From: an uncultured Nitrospirales bacterium | GTDB taxonomy: Bacteria > Nitrospirota > Nitrospiria > Nitrospirales > NS-4 | Reading direction: 5' to 3' | Assembly (NCBI GenBank): GCA_964542245.1 | Contig: CAZITU010000002.1 | Coordinates: forward strand, 9,025 to 73,024 | DNA length: 64,000 nucleotides | Shown: in pieces, positions 10,652 through 22,951 of the stretch | How the letters are laid out: every line of letters starts with the position of its first letter | Position numbering within the stretch: position 1 is the first letter of the stretch | Made by a program: the position numbers and the translations under genes | The notes under the pieces: model-generated | The model's database searches: none | What the model was told of the DNA's origin: nothing | The model's input: only the letters and a program-made list of their open reading frames with translations

Positions 10652-11998
10652 TTACGAGAACGACCGCATCGGCTTGCCGAACCACTTTTGCCCGGCCCGC
10701 CCGGACAACCTTTTCATCATCTTCCGGGCCTCAAGGTACTGCTTGACCAGACGGTTCACATCCTGCACGCTCGTTCCGCTGCCCTTGGCGATCCGCTGTT
10801 TGCGGCTGCCGTTTAGTAACGTGTGATCTCGCCGCTCCCGTGGTGTCATAGAGTCAATGATGGCCGCCGCACGGGCCATTTCTTTCTCCGGCTTCGCACC
10901 GACGACCACGTCCTTCAGCCGCTGGCCTCCCGGCAGCATGTCCAGGAGCTCATCCAAGGAGCCCAGCTTGTGGACTTGCTTCAGCTGCTCCCGGAAATCC
11001 TCCAGCGTCAGACTCTCCGACCGGAGCTTCCTGGCCATCGCCTCGACCCGGTTCTGAGCGACGGTCTCCTGCGCCTTTTCTATCAGCGAGAGCACGTCCC
11101 CCATCCCGAGAATGCGGGACGCCACTCGATCCGGGTGGAACGGCTCTAAGGCATCCAGCTTCTCGCCCGTGCCGAGAAACTTGATCGGCTTGCCGGTCAC
11201 CGCCTTGATCGAGAGGATCGCTCCGCCACGGGCATCACCCTCGGTCTTGGTCAGGATGACGCCGGTCAGGCCGATCCGACGGTCGAACTGTTCGGCCATG
11301 GCTACTGCGTCCTGGCCGATCATCGCATCGGCAACCAGGAGCACTTCGTGCGGCGCCGTTCGGGTCCGGATAGCCGCCAACTCGTCCATCAATTCGTCAT
11401 CAATGTGCAGGCGCCCGCCGGTATCCAGGATCGCCACATCGAACCCTTGCCTCCGTGCCCTCTCGACACCTTCCGCACAGAGGGCAACGGCATCGCCGCC
11501 CCCGGCCTCGGCTCGATGCACCGGCACGTCGAGCGACGCTCCTAAGGCGACCAACTGGTCCACGGCCGCCGGCCGCCGAGGATCGGCCGCCACCAATAAG
11601 ACCCGCTTGCCGTTGGCCTTGAAATAGCGCGCCAGTTTCCCACAGGTCGTCGTTTTCCCGGCTCCCTGAAGCCCGACCATCATGATGATCGTCGGCGGCA
11701 CGGATGAAAGGCTCAGCCCCGTCTGTTGCCGACCCATAAGCGCGCAGAGTTCTTCCCATACCACTTTGACGACGTGGTGGCCTGGAGTCAGGCTCTGGAG
11801 AACTTCTTGGCCGATGGCCTTGGCCCGGACGCGTTCGACGAACTCCTTGACGATTTTGAAGTTCACATCCGCCTCGAGCAACGCCAGGCGAACCTCTTTC
11901 AGAGCCTCGGTGATATTCGCCTCGGTGAGGACTCCATGGCCTCGCAGGCGTTTACAAATACCGTCGAGTTTGGCCGATAGGATACTGAGCACGACCAC
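10652..11998 (-). CDS. ffh: Signal recognition particle protein Ffh
   Basis: [22 protein letters not shown], and a Met-rich M domain. Three GTG/GTC codons cluster at the 5' end, so the start may be 11992. Confidence 0.96.
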   Translation of the reverse strand: MVVLSILSAKLDGICKRLRGHGVLTEANITEALKEVRLALLEADVNFKIVKEFVERVRAKAIGQEVLQSLTPGHHVVKVVWEELCALMGRQQTGLSLSSVPPTIIMMVGLQGAGKTTTCGKLARYFKANGKRVLLVAADPRRPAAVDQLVALGASLDVPVHRAEAGGGDAVALCAEGVERARRQGFDVAILDTGGRLHIDDELMDELAAIRTRTAPHEVLLVADAMIGQDAVAMAEQFDRRIGLTGVILTKTEGDARGGAILSIKAVTGKPIKFLGTGEKLDALEPFHPDRVASRILGMGDVLSLIEKAQETVAQNRVEAMARKLRSESLTLEDFREQLKQVHKLGSLDELLDMLPGGQRLKDVVVGAKPEKEMARAAAIIDSMTPRERRDHTLLNGSRKQRIAKGSGTSVQDVNRLVKQYLEARKMMKRLSGRAGQKWFGKPMRSFS

Positions 11999-12130
11999 CT
12001 CTAGTTATTGAAAAACATTGGAGATTTGGAACTGTGAGTGTACTGGAACTATGGCGAGAATGTCAAGGATTGGGGGCCTCGGACTTCTGGGTCAAAATTG
12101 GTAACTATGGTGATTGCATAGGGTTTTGGC

Positions 12131-12160
12131 TTGACTTCATCGCCTACACCTTAGTAGAGT
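12131..12160 (+). promoter_or_regulatory. Candidate sigma70-type promoter for the DUF4321 gene
   Basis: TTGACT (12131-12136), 18-nt spacer, TAGAGT (12155-12160), about 40 nt upstream of the GTG at 12200. Confidence 0.25.
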
Positions 12161-12199
12161 GCGATCATTTCACCACTCCCCTGGGCATGAGATCGAGGC

Positions 12200-12460
12200 G
12201 TGCGTAAATCTCCTTGGATCTTAGTCACCTGCGTCTTGGTCGGCGGTCTCTTCGGCGGGTTGCTCGGGGAAATCCTCATGGCAGTCACCCCGCCAGGCAT
12301 CATCCAGAACATTTTTACCCAGGCCGTGCATCCCGGTCTCTCGCCGCCCGTCACGATTGATCTGTGGCTCCTGAAGTTCACGGTGGGTTTCACGGTGAAG
12401 ATGAACCTGCTCAGCTTCATCGGGATCTTGTTCGGAGTCTTCGTCTACAAGCAGATCTGA
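12200..12460 (+). CDS. Small membrane protein, DUF4321-like
   Basis: 86 aa with a GTG start and two hydrophobic segments. The GGLLGEIL...LKFTVGFTVKMNLLSFIGILFGVFVY pattern resembles the DUF4321 family. Confidence 0.55.
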   Translation: MRKSPWILVTCVLVGGLFGGLLGEILMAVTPPGIIQNIFTQAVHPGLSPPVTIDLWLLKFTVGFTVKMNLLSFIGILFGVFVYKQI

Positions 12461-12468
12461 ATCTGCGC

Positions 12469-12493
12469 GGAGACAGATTTAAAATCTGTCCCC
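12469..12493. terminator. Palindromic hairpin between convergent DUF4321 gene and uvrB
   Basis: GACAGATT (12472-12479) pairs with AATCTGTC (12483-12490). There is no clear U-tract, so terminator function is uncertain. Confidence 0.3.
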
Positions 12494-12501
12494 GATGAAC
12501 T

Positions 12502-14505
<2,004 letters not shown>

Positions 14506-14668
14506 CCTTGGCCCCCCTGTTTTCAGGCTCCACCAGCCTAGACCCTAGCACAGGGGAGTCCCGCTTGACGAGAGACGGGTGATCACCTGTAGACGTCCCC
14601 GATCTGGATGGATTTGGGGAAGGCATGTAGAATACCGTGTGTCACTCGGAGGCGGAAGTTCCCGGCGG

Positions 14669-15343
14669 ATGATCTCCCACACGACCCTGCTGCCCGAGCG
14701 AGCGGCCTGGCTGGCGCTCCTCCCCGCGCTTGCGACGCTCGGTTATTACGCGCTCCCCTCCTCGCTTCAGCAGAACCTGTGGGTGACGTTCAGCCCACAG
14801 GTGGTGGCCTATGCCGCCCTGGCGGCCTGGGCCATCTCCAACACCAAACCGTACCAGTGCCTGCGACTTGATCCAAGTGGGATCATATCCGGCCTGCGAT
14901 GGGGAACGTTCGTGGGCGTGGCCCTCGGTGCAGTCAATCTCAGCCTCATCTTAATAGTCATACCGGCACTGGGTGGCGAGATCGCCTTCCTGCGTGAGAC
15001 CCCCCATGCCCAGGCGCCTGTGTGGGTGATGTTTCCGTTGGGGATTGCCGTAGTCGGGGTCATGGTCGAATTGAACTTCCGCGGCTTTCAGATGGGCCGC
15101 TTGCTGACCTTGCTCGGTGATCAAGCCAACGGCAAGATCGCTGCCACCGTGCTGGCTGCCCTGGTCTTCGCCTGGGATCCATTTCTGGTCCAGGTTTTCC
15201 GGCACCTGCACTGGATCGCCCTGTGGGACGGCCTCGTCTGGGGGATTCTCATGTTGCGGACCGGAAGCCTCTATGCCACCATGGCCGCGCACACCATGGA
15301 AGTCTGGATCCTATACGTCTCGCTCAAACTCTGGTTTGCATGA
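14669..15343 (+). CDS. CPBP-family intramembrane glutamic protease (CAAX protease-like)
   Basis: Multi-pass membrane protein with the VELNFRG motif (EExxxR type) and a late AAHTMEV motif. The start is uncertain, as the ORF track begins at the GTG at 14579. Confidence 0.65.
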   Translation: MISHTTLLPERAAWLALLPALATLGYYALPSSLQQNLWVTFSPQVVAYAALAAWAISNTKPYQCLRLDPSGIISGLRWGTFVGVALGAVNLSLILIVIPALGGEIAFLRETPHAQAPVWVMFPLGIAVVGVMVELNFRGFQMGRLLTLLGDQANGKIAATVLAALVFAWDPFLVQVFRHLHWIALWDGLVWGILMLRTGSLYATMAAHTMEVWILYVSLKLWFA

Positions 15344-15357
15344 GGAAATAATAAATA

Positions 15358-15681
15358 ATGAAATACGCGCTCTACTTCGTGATCGGCGGGGCGGTCGTCA
15401 GTCTCACGACCTACTTGGGAAGTCTCGGGCGCAGTTGGCTCGCCGCGTTCATCACCACATTTCCGGCCCTGACCGGGCTGACGTTCATCCTGATGTATCT
15501 CAATGGCGGAGTGGAGCCGACGGTTCCGTACGCAAGAAACCTCCTCTACTTTGTGGTCCCGTGGCTTGCCTACGTGGGGTTCTATCTGGCGACGATTGAT
15601 CGACTGGGCTTCTGGTTGTCTCTCGGCGGGGCCGTCGCGTTCTTCATCGGGGTCTCCGCCCTCACCAAGCTCGTGGTGTAA
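15358..15681 (+). CDS. Small 4-TM membrane protein (DUF3147/GlpM-like)
   Basis: 107 aa made almost entirely of hydrophobic helices. Lies 14 nt after the CPBP gene. Confidence 0.45.
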   Translation: MKYALYFVIGGAVVSLTTYLGSLGRSWLAAFITTFPALTGLTFILMYLNGGVEPTVPYARNLLYFVVPWLAYVGFYLATIDRLGFWLSLGGAVAFFIGVSALTKLVV

Positions 15682-15723
15682 GAACCGAGAGCTTCTCCGA
15701 AGGCCCCCGGACCGAAGCGTCGC

Positions 15724-15752
15724 TTGCGACACCTCACCTGTTTTGCCATAAT
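15724..15752 (+). promoter_or_regulatory. Candidate sigma70-type promoter for the pdxJ operon
   Basis: TTGCGA (15724-15729), 17-nt spacer, CATAAT (15747-15752), 40 nt upstream of the GTG at 15792. Confidence 0.3.
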
Positions 15753-15791
15753 GCCGGTCGGTTATGAAGCCTCGCCAGGAAGGGAGAACCC

Positions 15792-16505
15792 GTGGCTAGA
15801 CTAGGCGTCAATGTGGATCATGTGGCGACCTTACGCCAGGCCCGGGAAGGCAAGGACCCGGACCCCGTGGCGGCCGCCGTGCTTGTGGAGATGGCCGGGG
15901 CCGACGGCATCGTGGTGCATTTGCGCGAGGACCGCCGCCACATCCAGGACCGCGACCTCAAACTTCTCCGAGAGATCGTCCAAACCAAACTCGATCTGGA
16001 AATGGCGGCCACGGACGAGATGACCCGCGTCGCCATGGAGATCAAGCCCCACCTCGTCACCCTGGTCCCGGAGCGACGGGAAGAGCTCACAACCGAAGGC
16101 GGGTTGGACGTCGCCGGCCAGCTCCAGCGCCTTAAAGAGGTCATCGCGCTCCTCCATCAGTCGGGGATCGCCGTCAGCCTCTTCGTGGACCCCGAACTTG
16201 ACCAGATCAAGGCCGCCCGCCGCGCGGACGCCGACTGCGTGGAGATCCACACCGGCCGGTACGTCAACGCGCTGGGACTCAGGGAACAGGACGGCGAGTT
16301 CGAGGCCCTCGCCCAGGCAGCCCGCGCCGCGTACAAGCTGGAGATGGCGGTCAACGCCGGTCACGGTCTCAACTACCGGAACGTGCGCCGACTTCGGAAC
16401 ATCACGGAGATCGTCGAGTACAACATCGGTCACAGCATCATCGCCCGCGCGGTATACGTCGGGCTCGACCGGGCGGTGCGCGAAATGAAGGAACTCGTGA
16501 AGTAA
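15792..16505 (+). CDS. pdxJ: Pyridoxine 5'-phosphate synthase
   Basis: [31 protein letters not shown]. Confidence 0.95.
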   Translation: MARLGVNVDHVATLRQAREGKDPDPVAAAVLVEMAGADGIVVHLREDRRHIQDRDLKLLREIVQTKLDLEMAATDEMTRVAMEIKPHLVTLVPERREELTTEGGLDVAGQLQRLKEVIALLHQSGIAVSLFVDPELDQIKAARRADADCVEIHTGRYVNALGLREQDGEFEALAQAARAAYKLEMAVNAGHGLNYRNVRRLRNITEIVEYNIGHSIIARAVYVGLDRAVREMKELVK

Positions 16506-16506
16506 T

Positions 16507-18081
16507 ATGGAACTCGTAACTGCCTCCGAGATGCGCGCATTGGACCGCATCGCCATCGAGGAGCGGAAGATTCCCAGCCTCCGGCTCATGGAGAACGCCG
16601 GCAAGGCGGTCGTGCATGAGATGGAACGGCACTTCGGGTCGCTCCGGGGAAAAACCGTGACTGTCGTGGCCGGGAAGGGGCAGAACGGAGGAGACGGGTT
16701 CGTGGTGGCGAGGCTCCTCCGGGAACGACGCTGCAGGGCCCGCGTGGTCCTGCTCGCCCCCCAGTCCGCGTTGAAAGGCGATGCGGCCGTGACCCTGCGC
16801 CGCTTCCAGCGAGCCGGGGGCCGGTGCCATCCGATCAAAAGCGGGGCGGATCTTGCGACCCTGCTCGATCCGTTCATCCAGGGCAGCGATATTCTCGTAG
16901 ACGCGATCTTCGGAACGGGACTGAACGCGACGGTCGAAGGTATGCCGGCCTCCGTCATGACGCTCATGAATGCCTCGGGTCGTCCCATCGTCGCGGTTGA
17001 TCTCCCCTCAGGCCTCGACGCCGATACCGGCGCCGTGTGGGGGACAGCCGTGGCGGCATCCCTGACCGTGACCCTGGCTCGCCCCAAGCGCGGGCTCTAT
17101 CTGGGCGCCGGTCCGAACCATGCCGGGGCGATCCGTGTCGCCGATATCGGCATCCCACCGGACCTCATCGTCGCGGCCAAGATCCCCGTGGCTCTCTTGG
17201 AGCCCGCCGGATTTCGTTCCGTGCTGCCCGTCCGAAACCGCGTCGCCCACAAGGGGACGTTTGGCCATGTCGGGATCATCGCCGGGTCGGTCGGCAAGAC
17301 CGGCGCGGCCGCCATGGCGGCCCTGGGGGCGCTCCGATCCGGCGCCGGTCTGGTCACGGTCGCCGTCCCTTGCAGTCTGAACGATGTGCTGGAGGCCAAG
17401 CTCCTAGAAGCCATGACCGTCCCCGTCCCGGAGACAGAGGCACGCACGCTGTCCAAGGAAGCACTGCCAGCGCTCCTGTCGTTTGCGGCGGGCAAGACGG
17501 CAGTCGCGATCGGACCAGGGCTCGGGACCCATCCTGAGACCCGCGCTCTTGTTCAGGAGCTGCTGGGAAACGTGGCACGACCCATCGTCCTGGATGCCGA
17601 TGGGATCAATGCGGTCGTAGGCCATAGGGAGGTGCTGGGCAAGATTCACGCCCCGTTGGTCGTAACACCGCACCCCGGTGAAATGGCCCGCCTCGTGGGG
17701 TGCAGCACGGCCGATGTCCAAGAGGATAGACTGGGAGTCTCTGCGCGCCTGGCACAAGAGCAGAAGGTCTGCGTGGTACTGAAAGGAGCCGGGACCGTCA
17801 TCGCGGGGCCGGACGGGCGTCTGGCCGTCAATCCCACGGGAAATCCCGGGATGGCCACGGCAGGCACTGGAGATGTGCTGACCGGCATGATCACCGGATT
17901 GATGGCACAGGGACTTTCACCTTGGGAAGCCGCGTGCGCGGGAGTCTATCTCCACGGCCTGGCGGGAGACCTCGCGGCGTCAGACCAGGGCGAGACGGGG
18001 CTGATCGCCGGTGATGTGATCCGGGCGATCCCCAGAGCGATTCACCACGTGCTGACGACAGACGAGGCCCCGGCCCGATAA
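16507..18081 (+). CDS. nnr: Bifunctional NAD(P)H-hydrate repair enzyme (epimerase / ADP-dependent dehydratase)
   Basis: N-terminal YjeF_N domain (GKGQNGGDG) and C-terminal carbohydrate-kinase domain (GTGDVLTG). 524 aa. Confidence 0.9.
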   Translation: MELVTASEMRALDRIAIEERKIPSLRLMENAGKAVVHEMERHFGSLRGKTVTVVAGKGQNGGDGFVVARLLRERRCRARVVLLAPQSALKGDAAVTLRRFQRAGGRCHPIKSGADLATLLDPFIQGSDILVDAIFGTGLNATVEGMPASVMTLMNASGRPIVAVDLPSGLDADTGAVWGTAVAASLTVTLARPKRGLYLGAGPNHAGAIRVADIGIPPDLIVAAKIPVALLEPAGFRSVLPVRNRVAHKGTFGHVGIIAGSVGKTGAAAMAALGALRSGAGLVTVAVPCSLNDVLEAKLLEAMTVPVPETEARTLSKEALPALLSFAAGKTAVAIGPGLGTHPETRALVQELLGNVARPIVLDADGINAVVGHREVLGKIHAPLVVTPHPGEMARLVGCSTADVQEDRLGVSARLAQEQKVCVVLKGAGTVIAGPDGRLAVNPTGNPGMATAGTGDVLTGMITGLMAQGLSPWEAACAGVYLHGLAGDLAASDQGETGLIAGDVIRAIPRAIHHVLTTDEAPAR

Positions 18082-18611
18082 TGTCCCTCCCATCGCACAT
18101 CGTAAGCATGACCGACCCTGCCATCCACCAGCAGCCGATACCGCAAGCTCCGGGCGCCGTGTGGGAAACCACTTCAGCGGAAGAGACCTACGCCCTCGGC
18201 GAGATCATCGGGCGTACCTGCGAAGGCGGGGAAGTGATGGCGCTCATCGGCCAATTGGGAACGGGCAAAACGTGCCTCGCCCGAGGCGTGGCCGTCGGCC
18301 TCGGCGCTTCTCCCGAGCGCGTGGCCAGCCCCACCTTCGCCTTGATCCACGAATATGCGGGGCGGGTCCCGGTCTGCCATGCCGACCTCTACCGCCTCGA
18401 CGAACACGACGCCGTGAACGGGCTTGGCCTGGAGGAGTACACACAACCGCCGACCGTGACATTGATCGAGTGGGCCGATAAGGCTCCCGCAGTACTTCCC
18501 CGCGACCACCTCAGGATTACGTTAGAACACGCCGGAGGCGATCGCCGGCGCATCGCACTGCATCCGCAGGGGGCCAGGTATGAAGCGCTGATCGCGAGGG
18601 TCCTAGCATGA
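18081..18611 (+). CDS. tsaE: tRNA t6A37 biosynthesis ATPase TsaE
   Basis: LIGQLGTGKTCLARG P-loop, SPTFALIHEY, HADLYRL. Start overlaps the nnr stop (TAATG). Confidence 0.85.
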   Translation: MSLPSHIVSMTDPAIHQQPIPQAPGAVWETTSAEETYALGEIIGRTCEGGEVMALIGQLGTGKTCLARGVAVGLGASPERVASPTFALIHEYAGRVPVCHADLYRLDEHDAVNGLGLEEYTQPPTVTLIEWADKAPAVLPRDHLRITLEHAGGDRRRIALHPQGARYEALIARVLA

Positions 18612-19174
18612 AGCAACTGTGGGCACCCTGGCGCCTGGCTTTTGTCGAAAAGGCGAATCACGATGCCGGGTGCATCTTCTGCGAGCAACCGGCGCTGCAG
18701 CACGACCGCCGAACGTATATCGTATGGCGGGGCCGCCACGCCTATGTGATGATGAACATCTATCCTTATAACAACGGTCACCTCCTGATCGCTCCCTATC
18801 AACACCTGGCGAACATCGAAGACCTGCCACCGTCGGTCTTGCTCGACATGATGCGCCTCGTGCAACGGGCCATCAAAGCCATCCGCCTGGCCTATGCCCC
18901 AGAGGGGTTCAACCTCGGCATCAACCAAGGGCGGGTGGCGGGCGCCGGGATCGAGCACCATATCCACCTGCATATCGTTCCGCGCTGGGGAGCCGACACC
19001 AACTTTATGCCTCTGCTTGGGGAGACGCGTGTGTTGCCGCAACACCTGAAGGCCTCCTTTGCGCGGTTGAAAGCGGCGTTCAATTCCAACGCCGCTCGAC
19101 ACAAAGCTCGCAGACACGAAGCAAGCCGCGGGCGCCTCCCGGTTCCCCGCACCGGTTCTAGGCGGGCGTCATAG
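18608..19174 (+). CDS. HIT-family nucleotide hydrolase/transferase
   Basis: CIFCE near the N-terminus and the histidine triad HHIHLHIVPR. The basic C-terminal tail is atypical. ATGA overlap with tsaE. Confidence 0.85.
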   Translation: MKQLWAPWRLAFVEKANHDAGCIFCEQPALQHDRRTYIVWRGRHAYVMMNIYPYNNGHLLIAPYQHLANIEDLPPSVLLDMMRLVQRAIKAIRLAYAPEGFNLGINQGRVAGAGIEHHIHLHIVPRWGADTNFMPLLGETRVLPQHLKASFARLKAAFNSNAARHKARRHEASRGRLPVPRTGSRRAS

Positions 19175-19177
19175 CGC

Positions 19178-19522
19178 ATGGTACGCCTGATACTAGTCGT
19201 CATCCTCTTCGCCCTCTCGATGACCTTCTTCCTGCAGAACCGAGAAGAAGAGGCCATCTTGCATTACTTCGGCGTCACGTCGAAGCCGACGCCGATCTAC
19301 AAACCCATCTTGAGCGCCTTCGGCACCGGCCTGCTGATCACGGGCATCTTGCTCTTTCCTGCCTGGGTCAAGCTACGCATCGAACTTCGGCGCACGCGTA
19401 CCGCCCTCCATCTTGCAGAAGAGGAGCGAGACCGACTGCGCGGCAATCTTGGCACGCCGGCCGGCAGGGCGCCCTTTCCATTCCCCAAGAGCATGGACGC
19501 GGAGGATGAGGATGCCTCCTGA
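19178..19522 (+). CDS. LapA-domain (DUF1049-like) small inner-membrane protein
   Basis: Two TM helices followed by a charged helix (RIELRRTRTALHLAEEERDRLR). 114 aa. Confidence 0.5.
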   Translation: MVRLILVVILFALSMTFFLQNREEEAILHYFGVTSKPTPIYKPILSAFGTGLLITGILLFPAWVKLRIELRRTRTALHLAEEERDRLRGNLGTPAGRAPFPFPKSMDAEDEDAS

Positions 19523-22139
19523 CCTCACTCCGCTCATGCGGCAGTATCGGGAGACCAAACAGCGCCATCCAGAGTCCCTTCTATTCTTCCGTGTCGGGGA
19601 TTTCTACGAGATGTTCTACGAGGACGCCGTGGATGGAGCGCAACTTCTCGAAATCGCGCTCACCTCTCGGGACAAGCGCAAGGAAGGGCACCATGTTCCG
19701 CTCTGCGGCGTCCCGTACCATGCCGCCACCACATACATCGCCAAACTCCTGCGGGCAGGTCGCTCAGTCGCCATCTGCGAACAGGTTGAGGACCCACGGA
19801 TGGCCAAGGGACTCGTCCGGCGCGAAGTGGTCCGCGTCTACACGCCCGGCACCCTGATCGAGCCGGACTTGCTCGCCGCGGGGGAACCAAACTACCTCGC
19901 CGCGCTGATCCCGGCCCCCGCAGGAGCGGGGCTCGCCTGGCTGGATTTGTCCACGGCGGAATTCCGGGCGCTGGAGACCGGCGCCTCCTGGATGGAGCGC
20001 ATCCGCGACGAACTGACGCGAATCGAGCCTCGTGAGATCCTTGTGCCGGAGGACCACGTCGAGCGCCTCCGCACACTTCTCGGCACGGCCCTTCCCGCCC
20101 TCACACCAGTGCCGGGGTCCCCACGCGACCTTCCGTCCGCTCGAACCTTCCTGATGGAGCACTTGCGGGTCGCCTCGCTGGCCGGATTCGGGTGCGAGGA
20201 CAAGCCCCTCGCGGTCGCCGCCGCCGGAGCGCTCCTGCGTTACGTTAAAGAGACACAACCCGCCGCTGCGTTGACCCATGTGACGAAGCTCCAGATATTT
20301 TCCGGGGGAAGCGTGATGACCCTGGACCGAGCCACCCAACGCAACCTTGAGTTGGTGCGGCGAGCCGCCGACGGCCGAGTCGAAGGCTCTCTCCTCGGCG
20401 CCCTCGACCGCACGACCACCCCCATGGGAGCGCGGCTCCTCCGTGAGTGGGTCCTGCACCCATTGACCGACCTCGGGATGATTGCCGAGCGGCAGGAGGC
20501 CGTCGCCGAACTGCACGGCGATCTCCAACGGCGGAGTCGGCTGCGGACCGCATTACGAGAGATCTCGGACCTTGAACGCTTGATGAGCCGGATCGTGCTG
20601 AGCACGGCCAACGCGCGCGACCTCTGCGCGCTCAAGGACTCGCTCACGGCCGTTCCCCAAATCAACCGTCTGCTTGAAACGTGCACCGCGCCTTTTTTGC
20701 GCAAGCGATACGAGCCGTGGGACGATCTTGCTGAGCTGGCGACCCGGATCGAGCGGACGATCCGTCCGGACGCGCCGGCCACGGTGAAGGAGGGCGGCCT
20801 GATCCGGGACGGCTTCGACGCGGCCCTCGATGAGCTGCGCGCCGTGAGCCGGGATGGCAAGACGTGGATCGCCGACATCGAGAAGCAGGAGCGGCAACGC
20901 ACCGGCATCGAGTCCTTGAAGGTGCGGTATAACCAAGTATTCGGTTACTACATCGAAGTCACAAGACCGAATCTGTCCAGAGTCCCGCCCCACTACATCC
21001 GCAAGCAAACACTCGTCAATGCCGAGCGCTTTACGACGTCGGAATTGAAGGCGCTGGAGGACAAAGTGCTTGGGGCTGAGGACCGCATGCGGGCGCTGGA
21101 ATTTACCCTGTTTGATGCCTGTCGGCGGGATGCCGCCGGTGCGGCGGGCCGTGTCCAGGCTCTCGCCTGTACGCTGGCGCACGCCGATGTCGCCGCGTGC
21201 CTGGCCGAGGCCGCCGCGGACGGCGGGTACTGCCGTCCCGAGCTGACGGCCGACGACCGTTTGACGATCAAGGACGGCCGCCACCCCGTCCTGGAACGGG
21301 AACGCATCCTTGGCGGGTTTATTCCGAATGACGTCCACCTCGGCAGGCCGGACCACCGACTCCTGATCATCACCGGTCCCAACATGGCCGGGAAGAGCAC
21401 CTACCTCAGGCAAACGGCCTTGATCGTGTTGATGGCCCAGATGGGAGGGTTCGTTCCGGCCAAGTCCGCCGTGATCGGGCTGGTGGATCGGATCTTCACC
21501 CGCGTCGGCGCCTCGGATAATCTGTTGGACGGCCAGAGCACGTTCATGGTCGAAATGACCGAGACCGCCAATATCCTCCATCACGCCACAGCCCGGAGCC
21601 TGGTCATCCTCGACGAGATCGGACGAGGCACCAGCACCTTCGACGGCCTCAGCATCGCCTGGGCCGTGGCCGAGGGCCTTGCCGACTCCACCCGGCTCGG
21701 AGCCCGCACGCTGTTTGCGACGCACTACCACGAACTGACCGATTTGGCGCGCACCCACGCAGGTGTCCGAAATTACAATGTGGCGGTCCGGGAACGGGGG
21801 GACGAGATTCTCTTCCTGCGGAAGATCGTGGAAGGGGGAACCGATCGCAGCTATGGCATCCAGGTGGCCCGCTTGGCCGGGTTACCTCGTGACGTCATCG
21901 CGCGGGCCAAAGAGGTCCTGGCAAGGCTTGAAAGCGGGATGCCTCAGGAGACCACCGGAGAACTGGATTTTGCGGCTTCCTCCCAACCACCCTCCGCCCC
22001 CAACGATCCCACCTTGCCCCTGCCTCACCCAATACTGGAGGAAGTCCGGCAGATGGATCTCTTCGGGATGACGCCACTGGAAGCCATGAATAAACTGGCG
22101 GAGATCAAAGAACGGTTGGAAAAAGACGCGAGTGCGTAA
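19512..22139 (+). CDS. mutS: DNA mismatch repair protein MutS
   Basis: Start taken at the ATG at 19512 (MPPDLTPLMRQYRETK, GGAGGA 6 nt upstream). Contains GPNMAGKSTY and DEIGRGTSTFDG. The ORF-track start at 19413 adds a non-homologous extension. Confidence 0.95.
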   Translation: MPPDLTPLMRQYRETKQRHPESLLFFRVGDFYEMFYEDAVDGAQLLEIALTSRDKRKEGHHVPLCGVPYHAATTYIAKLLRAGRSVAICEQVEDPRMAKGLVRREVVRVYTPGTLIEPDLLAAGEPNYLAALIPAPAGAGLAWLDLSTAEFRALETGASWMERIRDELTRIEPREILVPEDHVERLRTLLGTALPALTPVPGSPRDLPSARTFLMEHLRVASLAGFGCEDKPLAVAAAGALLRYVKETQPAAALTHVTKLQIFSGGSVMTLDRATQRNLELVRRAADGRVEGSLLGALDRTTTPMGARLLREWVLHPLTDLGMIAERQEAVAELHGDLQRRSRLRTALREISDLERLMSRIVLSTANARDLCALKDSLTAVPQINRLLETCTAPFLRKRYEPWDDLAELATRIERTIRPDAPATVKEGGLIRDGFDAALDELRAVSRDGKTWIADIEKQERQRTGIESLKVRYNQVFGYYIEVTRPNLSRVPPHYIRKQTLVNAERFTTSELKALEDKVLGAEDRMRALEFTLFDACRRDAAGAAGRVQALACTLAHADVAACLAEAAADGGYCRPELTADDRLTIKDGRHPVLERERILGGFIPNDVHLGRPDHRLLIITGPNMAGKSTYLRQTALIVLMAQMGGFVPAKSAVIGLVDRIFTRVGASDNLLDGQSTFMVEMTETANILHHATARSLVILDEIGRGTSTFDGLSIAWAVAEGLADSTRLGARTLFATHYHELTDLARTHAGVRNYNVAVRERGDEILFLRKIVEGGTDRSYGIQVARLAGLPRDVIARAKEVLARLESGMPQETTGELDFAASSQPPSAPNDPTLPLPHPILEEVRQMDLFGMTPLEAMNKLAEIKERLEKDASA

Positions 22140-22150
22140 AGAGAAAAAAA

Positions 22151-22188
22151 GGGGGGCGGCAGGCTTTCAGAACCTGCCGCCCCTTTAT
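22151..22188. terminator. Bidirectional rho-independent terminator (mutS / secreted-protein operon)
   Basis: Perfect 11-bp stem, GGGGCGGCAGG (22153-22163) with CCTGCCGCCCC (22173-22183), and a 9-nt loop. An A7 run precedes it (a U-tract for the minus strand) and TTTAT follows it. Confidence 0.75.
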
Positions 22189-22212
22189 CCAACTCTCTGT
22201 AGTTACTGATGC

Positions 22213-22908
22213 CTACTTCGCAGGCGCCGCCGCAGGAGCGGGAGCAGGATCCGCCGGAGGACCGGCTTCGCAGCCTACATGGTCCCTGAACCGGACGTGC
22301 TTTCCGTACTTCGTGCTGCCGCCAGGAAGGTCCTCGCCGAATACGGCAGTCGGCACACCGGGTTTGCCCTTGACCACGCCGCACTTGGCCTCTTGAGTCG
22401 GCCGTCCCGGATTGGGCGCCATGACGACCGGGCCCTGCTTAAATCCGCCCGGATTGAGGCCGGCCCAAATCTTGTCGTCCACATCCTTCACGTTGGACGC
22501 CACGCGCTTGTTCTGCTCCACTTCACTCACGGTCATTTCAACCACATCGGCATTCGTGCCAGGCGCAACTTTCTCCGCCGCCGCCGGTCCCGGGGCCGAG
22601 CGGGCCTTCGCCTTCAAGGCCGCCAGATCCGCGCCGCTGGCGAAGACGCGCATGTTTTTCCCCGGTAGCATCTTTCCCCAGAACTGATCGATCTCGCCGC
22701 TGTTCATGACCCCTTTCCATGTCCAGTTGACCCAGACTGCGTCCTCATAAGGATCCACGATGATCACGCGGGCGAGAACTGTCTTGGGCGAGCTGAAGTC
22801 CTCCTCGAACCGCTCCGAGAAGGCCTCGATGGCTAGGGCGGAACTCGCCACGCCGCCCAACAGCAAGAGCGCGGCACCGACCCCCAATATCCTGGAATAA
22901 GCCTTCAT
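22213..22908 (-). CDS. Secreted protein of unknown function (Ala/Pro-rich C-terminal tail)
   Basis: Start at the internal ATG at 22908 with GGAGGGAG upstream. Signal peptide MKAYSRILGVGAALLLLGGVASSALA. Two Cys in the C-terminal third. No family recognised. Confidence 0.6.
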   Translation of the reverse strand: MKAYSRILGVGAALLLLGGVASSALAIEAFSERFEEDFSSPKTVLARVIIVDPYEDAVWVNWTWKGVMNSGEIDQFWGKMLPGKNMRVFASGADLAALKAKARSAPGPAAAEKVAPGTNADVVEMTVSEVEQNKRVASNVKDVDDKIWAGLNPGGFKQGPVVMAPNPGRPTQEAKCGVVKGKPGVPTAVFGEDLPGGSTKYGKHVRFRDHVGCEAGPPADPAPAPAAAPAK

Positions 22909-22951
22909 GAGACTCCCTCCTTCGTAAGTCTTACAATTATTGAGGATAAGT

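Noticed and set aside
12040-12075. Direct repeats TTGGAACT / CTGGAACT and a 17-aa ATG-initiated mini-ORF (12053-12106) in the ffh/DUF4321 intergenic region
   Set aside because: The repeats are short (7-8 nt). The mini-ORF has no RBS, and conservation cannot be assessed, so there is not enough support for a feature.
14506-14668. Searched the uvrB upstream region for a LexA/SOS box (CTGT-N8-ACAG type)
   Set aside because: CTGT and ACAG occur but are 29 nt apart. There is no palindrome of the expected geometry, and lineage-specific LexA motifs cannot be excluded.
15831-17087. 418-aa ORF on the minus strand opposite pdxJ and nnr
   Set aside because: It lies entirely antisense to two genes with unambiguous conserved motifs. 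Its composition is Arg/Ala/Pro/Ser-rich and low complexity, typical of GC-rich shadow frames, and it has no RBS.
20553-21758. 401-aa ORF on the minus strand opposite mutS, plus the similar 19764-20528 and 20240-20908 ORFs
   Set aside because: These are antisense shadow ORFs inside mutS with no independent coding evidence.
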